A DNA stretch of 64,000 nucleotides, taken from assembly GCA_017453285.1 (NCBI GenBank), contig JAFTKL010000008.1:14434-78433 (forward strand). The letters are read 5' to 3'. The first letter of the stretch is position 1, and the number at the start of each line of letters is the position of its first letter. A program made the translations under genes and the position numbers. Of this stretch, positions 1 to 9,192 are shown piece by piece. Under the pieces are notes generated by a model. That model was not told where the DNA came from, made no database searches, and saw only the letters and a list, made by a program, of their open reading frames with translations. This DNA comes from Clostridia bacterium. GTDB taxonomy: Bacteria > Bacillota > Clostridia > Oscillospirales > CAG-272.

Positions 1-262
1 CAAGAACGTCATTTATGTTGAGTATAGTTCCATCGGGAAGATCAGCCTTATTTACCTGAACCTCTTCGAGCTTTGCATTGGTAACCTTCGTACCGCGCTT
101 GATATTTTCTTTGAGTCTTACTACGGTCACCTTTTCCTCATTGGAAGCACCGTTCTCCCCTGCGGGATCGTCGTTCTTATTGCAGGAAACGAGAAATCCG
201 CCGCACAGCATAAGAAGACAAAGCAATATGCAAACTGTATTTCTGAATATATTTTTCTTCAT
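1..262 (-). CDS. BH0: N-terminal part of a further SAF-like/beta-helix lipoprotein paralog. The gene runs off the left edge.
   Basis: Manual minus-strand translation from the ATG at 262-260 gives MKKNIFRNTVCILLCLLMLCGGFLVSCNKNDD (signal peptide plus LVSC lipobox). It continues VTVVRLKENIKRGTKVTNAKLEEVQV, colinear with the BH2 N-terminus. It is absent from the ORF track because no stop lies inside the window. It starts 20 nt after the BH1 stop. Confidence 0.75.
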   Translation of the reverse strand, partial: MKKNIFRNTVCILLCLLMLCGGFLVSCNKNDDPAGENGASNEEKVTVVRLKENIKRGTKVTNAKLEEVQVNKADLPDGTILNINDVL

Positions 263-282
263 ATCGATCATTCTCCTTTTAA

Positions 283-1704
283 TCATTCAAACCAATGTAC
301 CTTGCCGCGAAGGAACTTCTCGTAAGTATTGTCCGAGACCGCATTAACGTCAAATATCGGATCAAGAATACTTCCCTTTCCGTCCGTTCCGGAGAGTGAC
401 AAGAACTTGCACTGCTCAGCCGGAGCAGTGTAGAAGGCAGATACCGATCTTGCGACCGAATTCCAATTGTAAGAAGAGATAGCTACTTGGGTCTTATCTG
501 CAAAGTCCTCGGTCCATCTCGCCACACAAGACATAAGAAATGAGGTTGTGGACGAAATATTGAACGCGACACCGAAGTTGGTTGCACTGCAGTTATCGAA
601 CCAGTTTCTGCTTCCGTTATCCTGGAAGCCGTAGCAACGTTCGTACATGCTCTGCAGCTTCTTATTCATATTGAAGGTTACGTGGATATCGCGGATGAGG
701 TTTGCCGCGGTGTCGATCTTAACGCCGACCTGGACGTTAGAGATACGCATATTGGAGTATGTATTATCCCATCCTGCGATATGGAGTCCTATCGAGTTTC
801 TCTCACCGTTACCGACTATTCTGATATTCTCGATATCAGCGTCTGAAGATCCGCTGTTTGCGCCGTACTTGACGTAAAGTCCAACCTGGGTATTTACGAT
901 GGTAACATCCCTTACCGATGTCTCTCTTCCGTGGGCAACAACAACGCCGTTTGCCTTGCCGTTTCCATCGATGATTCCACCCTCAATATAGTAATTACTT
1001 CCGGGAACGGTGATGCTATTGAGCTGATCCTGTCCGCCGAGAAGGATCATTCCTTCGTGTGTATCATCCCAATCGTCGCTCGCCTTTATAACTGCGTTAT
1101 CCGAAAGCTTAAGAGAAACGCTTAAAAGACCGTTGGAGGGGGTTGCGATGGGCTTGGAGATAACATACTCTCCGTCAGGGAAATAGATGACCTGATTGAC
1201 GTTATCGGGGATATCTATAACCTTTTGGATCTCAGCAGAGAGATCCTTTCCCGTGTTGGGAGTAAGGTATTCGGTGATAACGATATATCCCTGCTCCTTG
1301 AAGCCCATATCGTTATCCTCGAGCTCAGCCCTCTTTACAGGCTCAACCGGCTTCTTTGCCGAGATATACTTGGAAATAAAGAAATCACCCTCTTCAAGAT
1401 CCATAAGCGGATACTTGCCGATAACTTCGTCGGGGTCCGAAATAGCACCGATCCAGGTCTCATTAATGTCTATCTTTACAAGTTCAAACTTGGAAGAGGT
1501 TATCTTGTCTCCCGCCTTGATCGGCTTCGTGACTCGCAGCACCTCTACCATATTGGGATCGGAATTGCCTGCATTCTCCGCTGCGGGCTCAGATGCGTAT
1601 GCATTACACGCGCTGAGAAGAGCAACGGAAAGCATAGTCACACAAAGCAAAAGTGCGATCATACACAGTCTTTGGTGCTTCCGCTTACTGTAGGTTTTGT
1701 TCAT
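283..1704 (-). CDS. BH1: lipoprotein with a SAF-like N-terminal module and a right-handed beta-helix (Pectate_lyase_3-like) domain. Subfamily A.
   Basis: The start was moved to MNKTYSKRKHQRLCMIALLL..LLSAC (lipobox), preceded by the RBS AAAGGAGA. The SAF-like stretch is VEVLRVTKPIKAGDKITSSKFELVKID...GKYPLMDLEEGDFF. The core shows GYIVITEYLTPNTGKDLSAEIQKVI..VIYFPDGEYVISKPI, GGIIDGNG, GRETSVRD and SSDADIENIRIVGN. Confidence 0.85.
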   Translation of the reverse strand: MNKTYSKRKHQRLCMIALLLCVTMLSVALLSACNAYASEPAAENAGNSDPNMVEVLRVTKPIKAGDKITSSKFELVKIDINETWIGAISDPDEVIGKYPLMDLEEGDFFISKYISAKKPVEPVKRAELEDNDMGFKEQGYIVITEYLTPNTGKDLSAEIQKVIDIPDNVNQVIYFPDGEYVISKPIATPSNGLLSVSLKLSDNAVIKASDDWDDTHEGMILLGGQDQLNSITVPGSNYYIEGGIIDGNGKANGVVVAHGRETSVRDVTIVNTQVGLYVKYGANSGSSDADIENIRIVGNGERNSIGLHIAGWDNTYSNMRISNVQVGVKIDTAANLIRDIHVTFNMNKKLQSMYERCYGFQDNGSRNWFDNCSATNFGVAFNISSTTSFLMSCVARWTEDFADKTQVAISSYNWNSVARSVSAFYTAPAEQCKFLSLSGTDGKGSILDPIFDVNAVSDNTYEKFLRGKVHWFE

Positions 1705-1768
1705 AATCAATTCTCCTTTCATAACACAATTTTCACCTAAAGCGAAAGTTTGCATTATCTATCAATGT

Positions 1769-1797
1769 ATTATAACATGCAAGCCTCACAAAGTCAA
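1769..1797 (-). promoter_or_regulatory. Sigma-A type promoter for BH1-BH0
   Basis: On the minus strand: TTGACT (1797-1792), 17-nt spacer, TATAAT (1774-1769). It lies about 65 nt upstream of the BH1 ATG. Confidence 0.6.
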
Positions 1798-1843
1798 TAC
1801 TTTTAATTATTTGTTGATTATTTTTGTACACTTTGCACAAAAG

Positions 1844-1870
1844 AAAGCTGCCGCTTTTAGCGACAGCTTT
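1844..1870 (-). terminator. Intrinsic terminator after BH2
   Basis: The hairpin pairs aaagctgccgct with agcgacagcttt (one mismatch, 3-nt loop). On the minus strand it is followed by CTTTTGTG. It sits 15 nt past the BH2 stop. Confidence 0.55.
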
Positions 1871-1884
1871 AAGGTGAATTTTAT

Positions 1885-3276
1885 TCAATTGACGATCGGG
1901 TCGTTGATAAGGTAATCTTTAGCCACGTCTCGCTCCGAAACCTTATGAACTTTGTATGCAGCACCGTCTATAGTACCGCTGCCGCCCTCCTCTCCGACGA
2001 GAAGAAAATTACATTCAATTCCCTCGGAGTTTATTCCGAATTCAGCGTCAGCCATACGGATCACCGCGTCAAACTTGCCCTCGCAGACAAACGCGTTGTG
2101 GTAGCCGTAGCCTTCGGTATACCAATAATTGAAGCAGCAGTCAAACATCGATCTGTTGCCCTCGACGAGATAAAATCCTGTTGAGAACTGATCGTTATAG
2201 CAGTTGTCGTAGAAGTTACGCGTACCGCCGTCATAAAAGGCAATACTGTCAACATAATTCTCTTCAGCCTTCAGCCCGCTTCTGAAAACGTATAGCGGAT
2301 GGAGATTGCGCAAGAAGTTTCCGTCACCGAGCAGCTTTATGCATATCTGATTTGCCGCGATACGCATATTTGTAAGAGTGTTGTTGTCGGTCTCAAGTAT
2401 AACGCCGACCGAGTCGAGCGTTCCGCTGCCGATGATGTTTGTGGTCACAACATCGACCGTCGGTCCGTTTCCGTTCTCGTCAGCTTTTACGTGTATTCCA
2501 ACCACTGCGTACTTGATAGCTGAGTATCTGATAGAAACGTTTCCGCCTCCAACCACCCAAATAGCATCCGCACGATTGTTGCCGTCGAGAATTCCGCCCT
2601 CAAACACAACGCCGTTCTCTGCGTCGGGCTCGTCACTCGCCTCGCCCTTCGCTCCTATCTTGAAGAGCGGCTCGCCGTAGGTCCAATTGTCCATAGGCTT
2701 GAACTGTGCGTAGTTTGAGAACTTGAAAGATACCTTTTTGTCGGGATCTGCCGAGGTCTCGATCGGCTTTGAAAGCATATATATTCCGTCGGGGAAATAG
2801 AGCGTGCGATTGGGATTTTCGTCGATAAGCTTCTGTATCGCATCTGACGCGTCGTTTTTCGGGTCGGGCTTGAGGTAGTCCGAGACGAGCACGTAGCCTG
2901 CGTCGGCAAAGTTGAGTTCGTTGTTCTCTTCTTTTTCGTCATCCTCTACGGCAGGCTTCTTGGATGAGATCTTCTCCGCGCTGAAAAAGTCGCCCGCGAA
3001 GATCTGTGCAGTCGCAAATTTTCCTACGACGTCCCCTTCTGTGCTCAAAGCACCATCCGGAACGACGGAGGCGTCCATAACCACGACCTCCACTTTATCA
3101 CTCGTTATTTTCGTGCCTGCCTTGATTCCCTCCTTGGCTCTGACCACGTTTACATTGTTACCGCTGAGAGTCGCCTCGGGATCATTATTGCAGGATACGA
3201 GCGCACCGCAAAGCAGCATCGAAAGACACAGCAGAGTGCTAACAAGGGCTTTTGCAAATTTATTTATTTTCATCAT
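1885..3276 (-). CDS. BH2: SAF-like/beta-helix lipoprotein paralog. Subfamily B, the most divergent.
   Basis: The N-terminus is MMKINKFAKALVSTLLCLSMLLCGALVSCNND (lipobox). The SAF-like stretch is VNVVRAKEGIKAGTKITSDKVEVVVMD..GKFATAQIFAGDFF. The core shows GYVLVSDYLKPDPKNDASDAIQKLIDENPNRTLYFPDGIYMLSKPI, GGILDGNN and DNNTLTNMRIA. Confidence 0.85.
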   Translation of the reverse strand: MMKINKFAKALVSTLLCLSMLLCGALVSCNNDPEATLSGNNVNVVRAKEGIKAGTKITSDKVEVVVMDASVVPDGALSTEGDVVGKFATAQIFAGDFFSAEKISSKKPAVEDDEKEENNELNFADAGYVLVSDYLKPDPKNDASDAIQKLIDENPNRTLYFPDGIYMLSKPIETSADPDKKVSFKFSNYAQFKPMDNWTYGEPLFKIGAKGEASDEPDAENGVVFEGGILDGNNRADAIWVVGGGNVSIRYSAIKYAVVGIHVKADENGNGPTVDVVTTNIIGSGTLDSVGVILETDNNTLTNMRIAANQICIKLLGDGNFLRNLHPLYVFRSGLKAEENYVDSIAFYDGGTRNFYDNCYNDQFSTGFYLVEGNRSMFDCCFNYWYTEGYGYHNAFVCEGKFDAVIRMADAEFGINSEGIECNFLLVGEEGGSGTIDGAAYKVHKVSERDVAKDYLINDPIVN

Positions 3277-3295
3277 CTTTTCTCCTTTGCTTCAA

Positions 3296-4693
3296 TCACT
3301 TGATGCTGCTCGATCTCAGATATTGCTTGTAAACGTCGCTATTTACGGCATTCTCGTCGAATATCGGATCGTATATATAGCCGCGTCCTTCTCTTTGTAC
3401 AACGAGAAAATCGCATTTCTCTTTAGGTGCCGTAAATTCTGCCGTAAGCGAGCGAACAACTCCGTTGAACTGTCCGTGAGTCGCGGTGAGCGCGACCTGC
3501 CGTCCGCTGCCGTAGACCTCACCCCAACTTGCCACGCAATTCGTCATCGTATCACCGTGATGAGCAAGCGAAAAGGCGGTAGAAAATCCCTCGCTGACGC
3601 AGGAATCAAACCAGCATCTGTGATCTCGGCTGAGAAATCCGTAGCTTGCCTCATAGACCGGATCGAGTCTGAAATTGGATACGTACTTCACGCGGATATT
3701 ACGGAAGATATGCGCGGGAGCGTCACATCTGACACCGATCTGGACGTTGGAGATGCGAAAATTCGTAAAGGTGCTGTCCGATCCCTCAACGTGAAGTCCG
3801 ATAGAGCCGGGCGCACCGTTTCCTATGATAGTGATATTCTCTGCATCCGAGTCTACCACGTTGCCTAAGTTATTGAAGTGAACGCCCGTTACGGTATTGA
3901 TGACCGTAAGGTTTCTTATCGAGGTCTCTCTGCCGTATTCTATCGAAATGCCGTCAGCTCTGCCATTTCCGTCGATAATTCCACCCTCAATATAGTAGTT
4001 TGCACCGATGATATCAATATTGTTGGTGGTATCATTTTTACCGAGCTGTATCATCGCACCGTTCAGTTTGTTCCAATCGTCGCTTGCCTTGATGACCGCG
4101 TTCGGTGCGAGCTTGAGCGAGATGCTCCTGGTGCCCGCGGACGACGTCATAATCGGCTTAGAGATAATATACTCACCGTCGGGAAAATAGATGACCTTAT
4201 TGATGCTCGTTGGCTTACTTATGATCTTTCTGATCTCTTCTATCAGATCGTTGCCGCCGTTAGGCGTGAGATAATCGGTGACTACAACGACTCCCTGCCC
4301 ACGAAAGCCAAAATCGTTTTTCTCAAGCTCTACCTCGACCTTCTCGGGTTCAGGCTTTTCGTCAGACAGATACGCGCCGATCAAGTAATCGCCCGCTTCA
4401 AGATCTGTCAGCGCGTACTTGCCTCTGATCAAAGCTTGATCGCTTATCGCGCCAACGGCTGCTTCGTTCTTTCCAACCCTCACCTCTTCGTACTTCGACG
4501 AAGTGATCTTCTCGCCCCTTGCAACGTCCTCGGTCAAGCGTATGACCGTAACGATGGGATCGTCGGCAAGATCTTCGCCCACGTCCTGCTTATTGCAAGC
4601 CGAGAGCGCAAATGTCAGCAGAAGAGCGCAAACGAGAGTAAGTGCGAGAGCGCGCGGACTTCTCTTTCTTTTGATTTTGCGAATGAATGCCAT
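3296..4693 (-). CDS. BH3: SAF-like/beta-helix lipoprotein paralog. Subfamily A.
   Basis: The N-terminus is MAFIRKIKRKRSPRALALTLVCALLLTFALSACNKQ (lipobox). The SAF-like stretch is VTVIRLTEDVARGEKITSSKYEEVRV..GKYALTDLEAGDYL. The core is colinear with BH1 (VIYFPDGEYIISKPI, GGIIDGNGRADG, GRETSIRN). Its stop is 19 nt before the BH2 start. Confidence 0.85.
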   Translation of the reverse strand: MAFIRKIKRKRSPRALALTLVCALLLTFALSACNKQDVGEDLADDPIVTVIRLTEDVARGEKITSSKYEEVRVGKNEAAVGAISDQALIRGKYALTDLEAGDYLIGAYLSDEKPEPEKVEVELEKNDFGFRGQGVVVVTDYLTPNGGNDLIEEIRKIISKPTSINKVIYFPDGEYIISKPIMTSSAGTRSISLKLAPNAVIKASDDWNKLNGAMIQLGKNDTTNNIDIIGANYYIEGGIIDGNGRADGISIEYGRETSIRNLTVINTVTGVHFNNLGNVVDSDAENITIIGNGAPGSIGLHVEGSDSTFTNFRISNVQIGVRCDAPAHIFRNIRVKYVSNFRLDPVYEASYGFLSRDHRCWFDSCVSEGFSTAFSLAHHGDTMTNCVASWGEVYGSGRQVALTATHGQFNGVVRSLTAEFTAPKEKCDFLVVQREGRGYIYDPIFDENAVNSDVYKQYLRSSSIK

Positions 4694-4771
4694 TCTAACA
4701 TTCTCCTTCGTATTTATTGCAAGAGGCTCGGTCAGCCGCTGCCGACCGAGCCGTGTGATAAGATCTTTCGA

Positions 4772-5794
4772 TCACTTTCTCCAGACTACTCTGTTTACCA
4801 GATATTCGCTGTAATCGTCTCCGCCGTCAAGATTTACGTCGAAGTTGGGCAGATCGAGAACTCCGCCGCCGCCTGCCTCGCCTACCTTGAGGTACGCGCG
4901 GTTGGTTACGTCGCTGCGAAGGTCAACGCGGTAGCTCTTGACGATAGAATTGAACTTTCCGTCGGAAAGGAAGCCTACCTGCTTGTCGCCGCGGTTGGAG
5001 TACCAATAAGCGTAGCAATCGGTGTAGGTCGACATAGTGTGACCGCTGGTGCGGAATCCGGTCGCAAAGTTATCGGGATAGCAGATCTCGTACCAGTTGC
5101 CGCCGCTTACATCCCAGAAGCCGATGCTGTCCTTATAGTCGTAATTGTCGCTGTAGATATAGAGGTTGTGGAGATATCTCAAGAAGTTACCTGCACCGCC
5201 GAGCTTTGTGCCGATCTCAAAGCCTGCAACACGCATATCGTTGAAGGTGTTGTCATAGCCGTCGCAGATAACGCCGATAGAGCCGGGGAGATTCATACCT
5301 ACGATGTGTACGTTCTCGATGTCCGCGTCGTTAGAGCCGTATTCCTTGTTGTACTTTACGTTAATTCCCTGCGTTACGAATTTAATGGAAAGATTTCTGA
5401 TGCAGGTCTCGCGTCCGCCGTCGATAGAAACGCCCTTTGCAACTCCGCTGCCGTCGATGCATCCGCCTGCGAGATAGTAGTTTGTACCCGTCTCCCAGAT
5501 GGTGAACTTCTTATTGAGCGCGCCGAGTCTGATCATAGCCTCGTCACTCGACCAATCCTTAGTTGCCTTGATAACTGCAAAATTGGAGAGGTTAAGAGAC
5601 ACCGCGTACTTTGCGTCGCTCGAGGTACAGAGCGGCTTCGAGATCATATATTCACCGTCGGGGAAATATATGGTTTTTCTGGGGTTGGAGTCGATGATAT
5701 TCTGCAGAGCATCTGCGAGGTCCTCGCCCGTGTTTGCCTTAACGTAATCCGTCACTACTACGTATCCAAGATCTTTTGCGTTTACTTCACTCAT
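4772..5794 (-). CDS. BH4: leaderless short beta-helix paralog. Subfamily C core, closest to BH10/BH11.
   Basis: It begins MSEVNAKDLGYVVVTDYVKANTGEDLADALQNII..TIYFPDGEYMISKPL, with the RBS GGAGG upstream and no signal peptide. The C-terminal block ICYPDNFATGFRTSGHTMSTYTDCYAYWY nearly matches BH10. Confidence 0.85.
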   Translation of the reverse strand: MSEVNAKDLGYVVVTDYVKANTGEDLADALQNIIDSNPRKTIYFPDGEYMISKPLCTSSDAKYAVSLNLSNFAVIKATKDWSSDEAMIRLGALNKKFTIWETGTNYYLAGGCIDGSGVAKGVSIDGGRETCIRNLSIKFVTQGINVKYNKEYGSNDADIENVHIVGMNLPGSIGVICDGYDNTFNDMRVAGFEIGTKLGGAGNFLRYLHNLYIYSDNYDYKDSIGFWDVSGGNWYEICYPDNFATGFRTSGHTMSTYTDCYAYWYSNRGDKQVGFLSDGKFNSIVKSYRVDLRSDVTNRAYLKVGEAGGGGVLDLPNFDVNLDGGDDYSEYLVNRVVWRK

Positions 5795-5861
5795 TTTTAA
5801 TTCCTCCGTTATTATATTTTGTATCGAATATCAATTTTACGGTGTAATATCCGTTTGGTTC

Positions 5862-5890
5862 ATTATACCATATCAAAAAAAGCAAGTCAA
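5862..5890 (-). promoter_or_regulatory. Sigma-A promoter for BH4. It overlaps the BH5 terminator.
   Basis: On the minus strand: TTGACT (5890-5885), 17-nt spacer, TGgTATAAT extended -10 (TATAAT at 5867-5862). Confidence 0.65.
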
Positions 5891-5917
5891 TTCCTTTTGG
5901 GAAAATCAGACTTGCTT
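5880..5917 (-). terminator. Intrinsic terminator after BH5
   Basis: The stem pairs aagcaagtc (5880-5888) with gacttgctt (5909-5917), plus inner ttcc/ggaa pairs. A T6 run follows on the minus strand. An A-run on the other side makes it look bidirectional. Confidence 0.65.
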
Positions 5918-5963
5918 TTTTGAAAAATTTTTATATTTTTATGCAGTTTTTACAAAAAACGAC

Positions 5964-6998
5964 TCAGATAATTCTACCCGTAACGAACTTCTTATAGGTC
6001 TTATCGGTAACGAGGTTATCATCAATGATGGGATTGTCGATAAATCCGTGTCCGCCTGCGTTCTCGGGAAGAACGAGAACTGCGTTATTTGTGGTGTCTC
6101 CTCTGAAGTGGATCTTGGGGTTGGTGATGGAAGCGTTGAAGTCGCCGTCACACTGGAAGCCGACCTCCTTGTTTCCTCTGGGGGAGTACCACATAATGAA
6201 TGCGTTCACGATAACAGCCTTGGAACCGGGGATGAGCTTGTAGCCGGTAGCCATCTGATCGCTGTAGCAGTAGTCGTACCAGTTGGTGCCCGATACTTCC
6301 TCAAGGAACGCGATGCTGTCCTCGAAGTTTATGTCGTCCTCTGCGTACTCGTAGCCGTAGATGAAGAGCGGGTGGATATTGCGCAGGCAGTTTCCGCCGC
6401 TGCGGAGCTTGATACCGACCTCGATAGCAGCTATACGCATATTGGTAAGAGTGTTGTCGTAGCCCTCGATAAGAACGCCGACAGAGCCCTTCTTATTGTT
6501 ACCTACGATATTTACGGTCTCGATATCAGCGTCGGACGAGCCGTTGTTTGCGCCGCGCTTGATGTGGATACCGATAAAGGTGTGCTTGATGGATACGTTG
6601 CGGATAGAGGTCTCACGTCCAGAGTCGATCGAGATGCCGTTTGCAACGCCGTTTCCGTCAACGATACCGCCCGCGAAGGAGTAGTTGCTTCCGTTGCGGT
6701 AGATGGTGTTATAAGGCTCAGCCGCGCCGAGACGAACCATAGCCTCGGTGTGATCCCAACCGTCAGCAGCCTTGAGGATCGCGAAGTTGGAGAGCTGAAG
6801 AGATACTGCGGTCTCGGGCTTGCCCGAGGTGCAGATCGGCTTTGCGAGGATATACTCGCCGTCGGGGAAATATATTGTTCTCATGGGGTTCTCGTCGATG
6901 ATCTTCTGGATGGCATCAGACACGTCCTTACCCGTGTTTGCCTCAAGATAATCGGTTACTACTACGTAGCCGAGAGCGTTTGCGTTGATATCGTTCAT
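5964..6998 (-). CDS. BH5: leaderless short beta-helix paralog. Subfamily D.
   Basis: It begins MNDINANALGYVVVTDYLEANTGKDVSDAIQKIIDENPMRTIYFPDGEYILAKPICTS. The core shows GGIVDGNGVANGISIDSGRETSIRNVSIKHT, SSDADIETVNIVGN and GYDNTLTNMRIA. The RBS is GGAGG and there is no signal peptide. Confidence 0.88.
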   Translation of the reverse strand: MNDINANALGYVVVTDYLEANTGKDVSDAIQKIIDENPMRTIYFPDGEYILAKPICTSGKPETAVSLQLSNFAILKAADGWDHTEAMVRLGAAEPYNTIYRNGSNYSFAGGIVDGNGVANGISIDSGRETSIRNVSIKHTFIGIHIKRGANNGSSDADIETVNIVGNNKKGSVGVLIEGYDNTLTNMRIAAIEVGIKLRSGGNCLRNIHPLFIYGYEYAEDDINFEDSIAFLEEVSGTNWYDYCYSDQMATGYKLIPGSKAVIVNAFIMWYSPRGNKEVGFQCDGDFNASITNPKIHFRGDTTNNAVLVLPENAGGHGFIDNPIIDDNLVTDKTYKKFVTGRII

Positions 6999-7048
6999 TG
7001 TTTTTTCCTCCGTTTAGAGATTTTTCGGCCTTTGCCGTTCTTATAGTA

Positions 7049-7077
7049 ATTATAACATACAAAAAATAGCAAGTCAA
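7049..7077 (-). promoter_or_regulatory. Sigma-A promoter for BH5. It overlaps the BH6 terminator.
   Basis: On the minus strand: TTGACT (7077-7072), 17-nt spacer, TATAAT (7054-7049). Confidence 0.65.
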
Positions 7078-7103
7078 TCACTTTTTTGCAATTGACCTGC
7101 TAT
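7066..7103 (-). terminator. Intrinsic terminator after BH6
   Basis: A 13-bp stem pairs atagcaagtcaat (7066-7078) with attgacctgctat (7091-7103), with one mismatch. It is flanked by A and T runs. Confidence 0.6.
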
Positions 7104-7119
7104 TTTTTAGTTTAATACC

Positions 7120-8133
7120 TTAATTTCTGTGGACCACGTGGCCTACGAGGTAATCCTTATAGGTCTCGTCGTCGCAGTTCTCGGGGGTAAAGATCGGGTT
7201 CTCTACGATTCCGAGTCCGCCGCTCTCGCTGACCTTGAGGAACGCGCGGTTAGCGCAGTCGCCGCGAAGTGCGATATTTGCGTTGCAGATGCTTGCGGCA
7301 AACTTGCCCTCTTCGCACTCAAATCCGACGTACTTAACTCCGCGGTTGGAGTACCACATACCAAAACAATGCTGGAATATGGGAGTTGCTCCGCCCTTGA
7401 ATCTGAAGCCGGTTGCCATTTCGTCGCTGTAGCAGTAGCTGTACCAGTTGTTGCCCCAGCTCTGATCGTCGAACGCGATACTCTTGGACTGATCGACCTC
7501 TCCGCCGTAAATAAAGAGCGGATGGATGTCGCGCAGCGAGTTGCCCGCACTCTTCATAAGAATACCTGTCTGAACCGACGCGATACGCATATTGCGCACT
7601 GTGTTATCGTAACCCTCGAGGAAAACTCCGACAGAATTTTCCTTGTTGTTACCTACGACGTTTACCATCTCGATATCCGAGTCGGACGAGCCGTTGTTTG
7701 CGCCGCGCTTTACGTGAATACCGATCTGTGTATTCTTGATAGAAACGTGAGAGATCAGAGTCTCGCGTCCCGAGTCTACCGAGATACCGTTTGCAACGCC
7801 GTTTCCGTCGATGATACCGCCCTTGAAGTGATAGTTACTTCCGGGGATGGTGATGCTGTTGAAGGGATAGATTCCGCCCATACGGACGAGTGCCTCGGGG
7901 CTGTCCCAGCCGTCTGCCGCCTTGATGATAGCAAAGCAGGAAAGCTCGAGAGATACTGCGATCCTCGGGTCTGCGGGGGTGCAGATCGGCTTTGCGAGCA
8001 CGTATTCACCGTCGGGGAAATAGATAGTCTTGTGGGGGTTGTCGTTGATTATCTGCTGAAGCGCGTCCGAAACATCCTTGCCGGTGTTAGCTTCGATATA
8101 GTCTGTAACTACTACGTAATTTTTGTTTTCCAT
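7120..8133 (-). CDS. BH6: leaderless short beta-helix paralog. Subfamily D.
   Basis: The start was moved to MENKNYVVVTDYIEANTGKDVSDALQQIINDNPHKTIYFPDGEYVLAKPICTP, with the RBS GAAAGGA 8 nt upstream. The longer track ORF would overlap the BH7 stop. Confidence 0.85.
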   Translation of the reverse strand: MENKNYVVVTDYIEANTGKDVSDALQQIINDNPHKTIYFPDGEYVLAKPICTPADPRIAVSLELSCFAIIKAADGWDSPEALVRMGGIYPFNSITIPGSNYHFKGGIIDGNGVANGISVDSGRETLISHVSIKNTQIGIHVKRGANNGSSDSDIEMVNVVGNNKENSVGVFLEGYDNTVRNMRIASVQTGILMKSAGNSLRDIHPLFIYGGEVDQSKSIAFDDQSWGNNWYSYCYSDEMATGFRFKGGATPIFQHCFGMWYSNRGVKYVGFECEEGKFAASICNANIALRGDCANRAFLKVSESGGLGIVENPIFTPENCDDETYKDYLVGHVVHRN

Positions 8134-8159
8134 AATATTTTCCTTTCTATTGAGAAATA

Positions 8160-9179
8160 TCAGCCTCTCCAATCGGGCATAAGGTAATCCTCGTGCGTTT
8201 TATCCGTCATATTGTCAACGCGCGATATCGGGAGATATATTATTCCCTTTCCGCCTGCTTCTCCGACTACCAAGAACGCCTTATTCGTAGCGCTGTCCTT
8301 GCATCTTACGTAGGAATTGCGAATAACGGAATTAAATTGACCGGAGCTCTCGTATCCGTGCTGTTTTCCGCCTCTGTCGGTGTACCAATAGCAATAGCAA
8401 TCGCTGTATGTGTTTATCGAATTTCCCTGCATATAAAATCCCGTAGCGAACTGATCGCTGTAGCAATTATTATACCAATTGATCGAGTTAACACAGTCAA
8501 GGAAGCCTATACTGTTCGCATATACCTCAGGATCGGCAAGCTCGCCGTCAAATATATACAGCGGATGCAGATTTTTCATTATCTGCGCCGAGCTATTCTG
8601 TATCTTAACTCCTATCTGGACTCCCGCGATACGCATATTGGTAAAGGAATTGTCACTTCCCTCAATAAGCATGCCAATAGAGCCTGCCTTACAGTTACCG
8701 ACGATATTCACGTTGAGTATATCAGCATCCGAGGAGTTTCCATTAGCACCTTTTTTGATATGCAGACCAATCGAGGTATGCTTTATTGAAGTGCCCTCTA
8801 TGCGAGTCTCACGTCCGCTCTCGATAGCAATACCCTGAGCCACGCCGTTTCCGTCAATGATACCGCCGCAAACCCTGTAGTTACTGCCGTTTTTCATTAT
8901 GGTATTGAAGGGCTCTGCCGCACCGAGTCTTATCATAGCCTCTTCGCTGTCCCATCCGTCTGCTGCCTTGACGGTGGCAAAATCCGAAAGCATAAGCGAG
9001 ACCGCGTTTGCAGGATTTGCAGGTGTGCAGATCGGCTTTGCGATAATATACTCACCGTCGGGGAAATATATAGTCCTATGAGGATTGTCGGTGATGATCT
9101 GCTGAAGAGCGTCCGAGACGTCTTTACCGCTATTCGCCTCGATATAGTCTGTAACTACTACGTATCCCTGGTTATTCAT
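8160..9179 (-). CDS. BH7: leaderless short beta-helix paralog. Subfamily D.
   Basis: It begins MNNQGYVVVTDYIEANSGKDVSDALQQIITDNPHRTIYFPDGEYIIAKPICTP. The core shows GGIIDGNGVAQGIAIESGRETRIEG, SSDADILNVNIVGN and GSDNSFTNMRIA. Confidence 0.88.
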   Translation of the reverse strand: MNNQGYVVVTDYIEANSGKDVSDALQQIITDNPHRTIYFPDGEYIIAKPICTPANPANAVSLMLSDFATVKAADGWDSEEAMIRLGAAEPFNTIMKNGSNYRVCGGIIDGNGVAQGIAIESGRETRIEGTSIKHTSIGLHIKKGANGNSSDADILNVNIVGNCKAGSIGMLIEGSDNSFTNMRIAGVQIGVKIQNSSAQIMKNLHPLYIFDGELADPEVYANSIGFLDCVNSINWYNNCYSDQFATGFYMQGNSINTYSDCYCYWYTDRGGKQHGYESSGQFNSVIRNSYVRCKDSATNKAFLVVGEAGGKGIIYLPISRVDNMTDKTHEDYLMPDWRG

Positions 9180-9192
9180 AGCTTACCTCTTC

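Noticed and set aside
3878-5800. A 640-aa plus-strand ORF spanning BH3/BH4. Similar long plus-strand ORFs lie over the array: 2912-3868, 6048-7046, 7129-8187, 8193-8789, 9238-11301 (687 aa), 11354-12199 and 13076-14245.
   Set aside because: They lie exactly antisense to the well-supported BH genes and cross their gene boundaries. They have no RBS and are low-complexity (V/A/D/R-rich). Their apparently conserved peptide (..IYSPSGKY..) is only the reverse complement of the conserved YFPDGEY codons. These are stop-poor shadow frames caused by codon bias.
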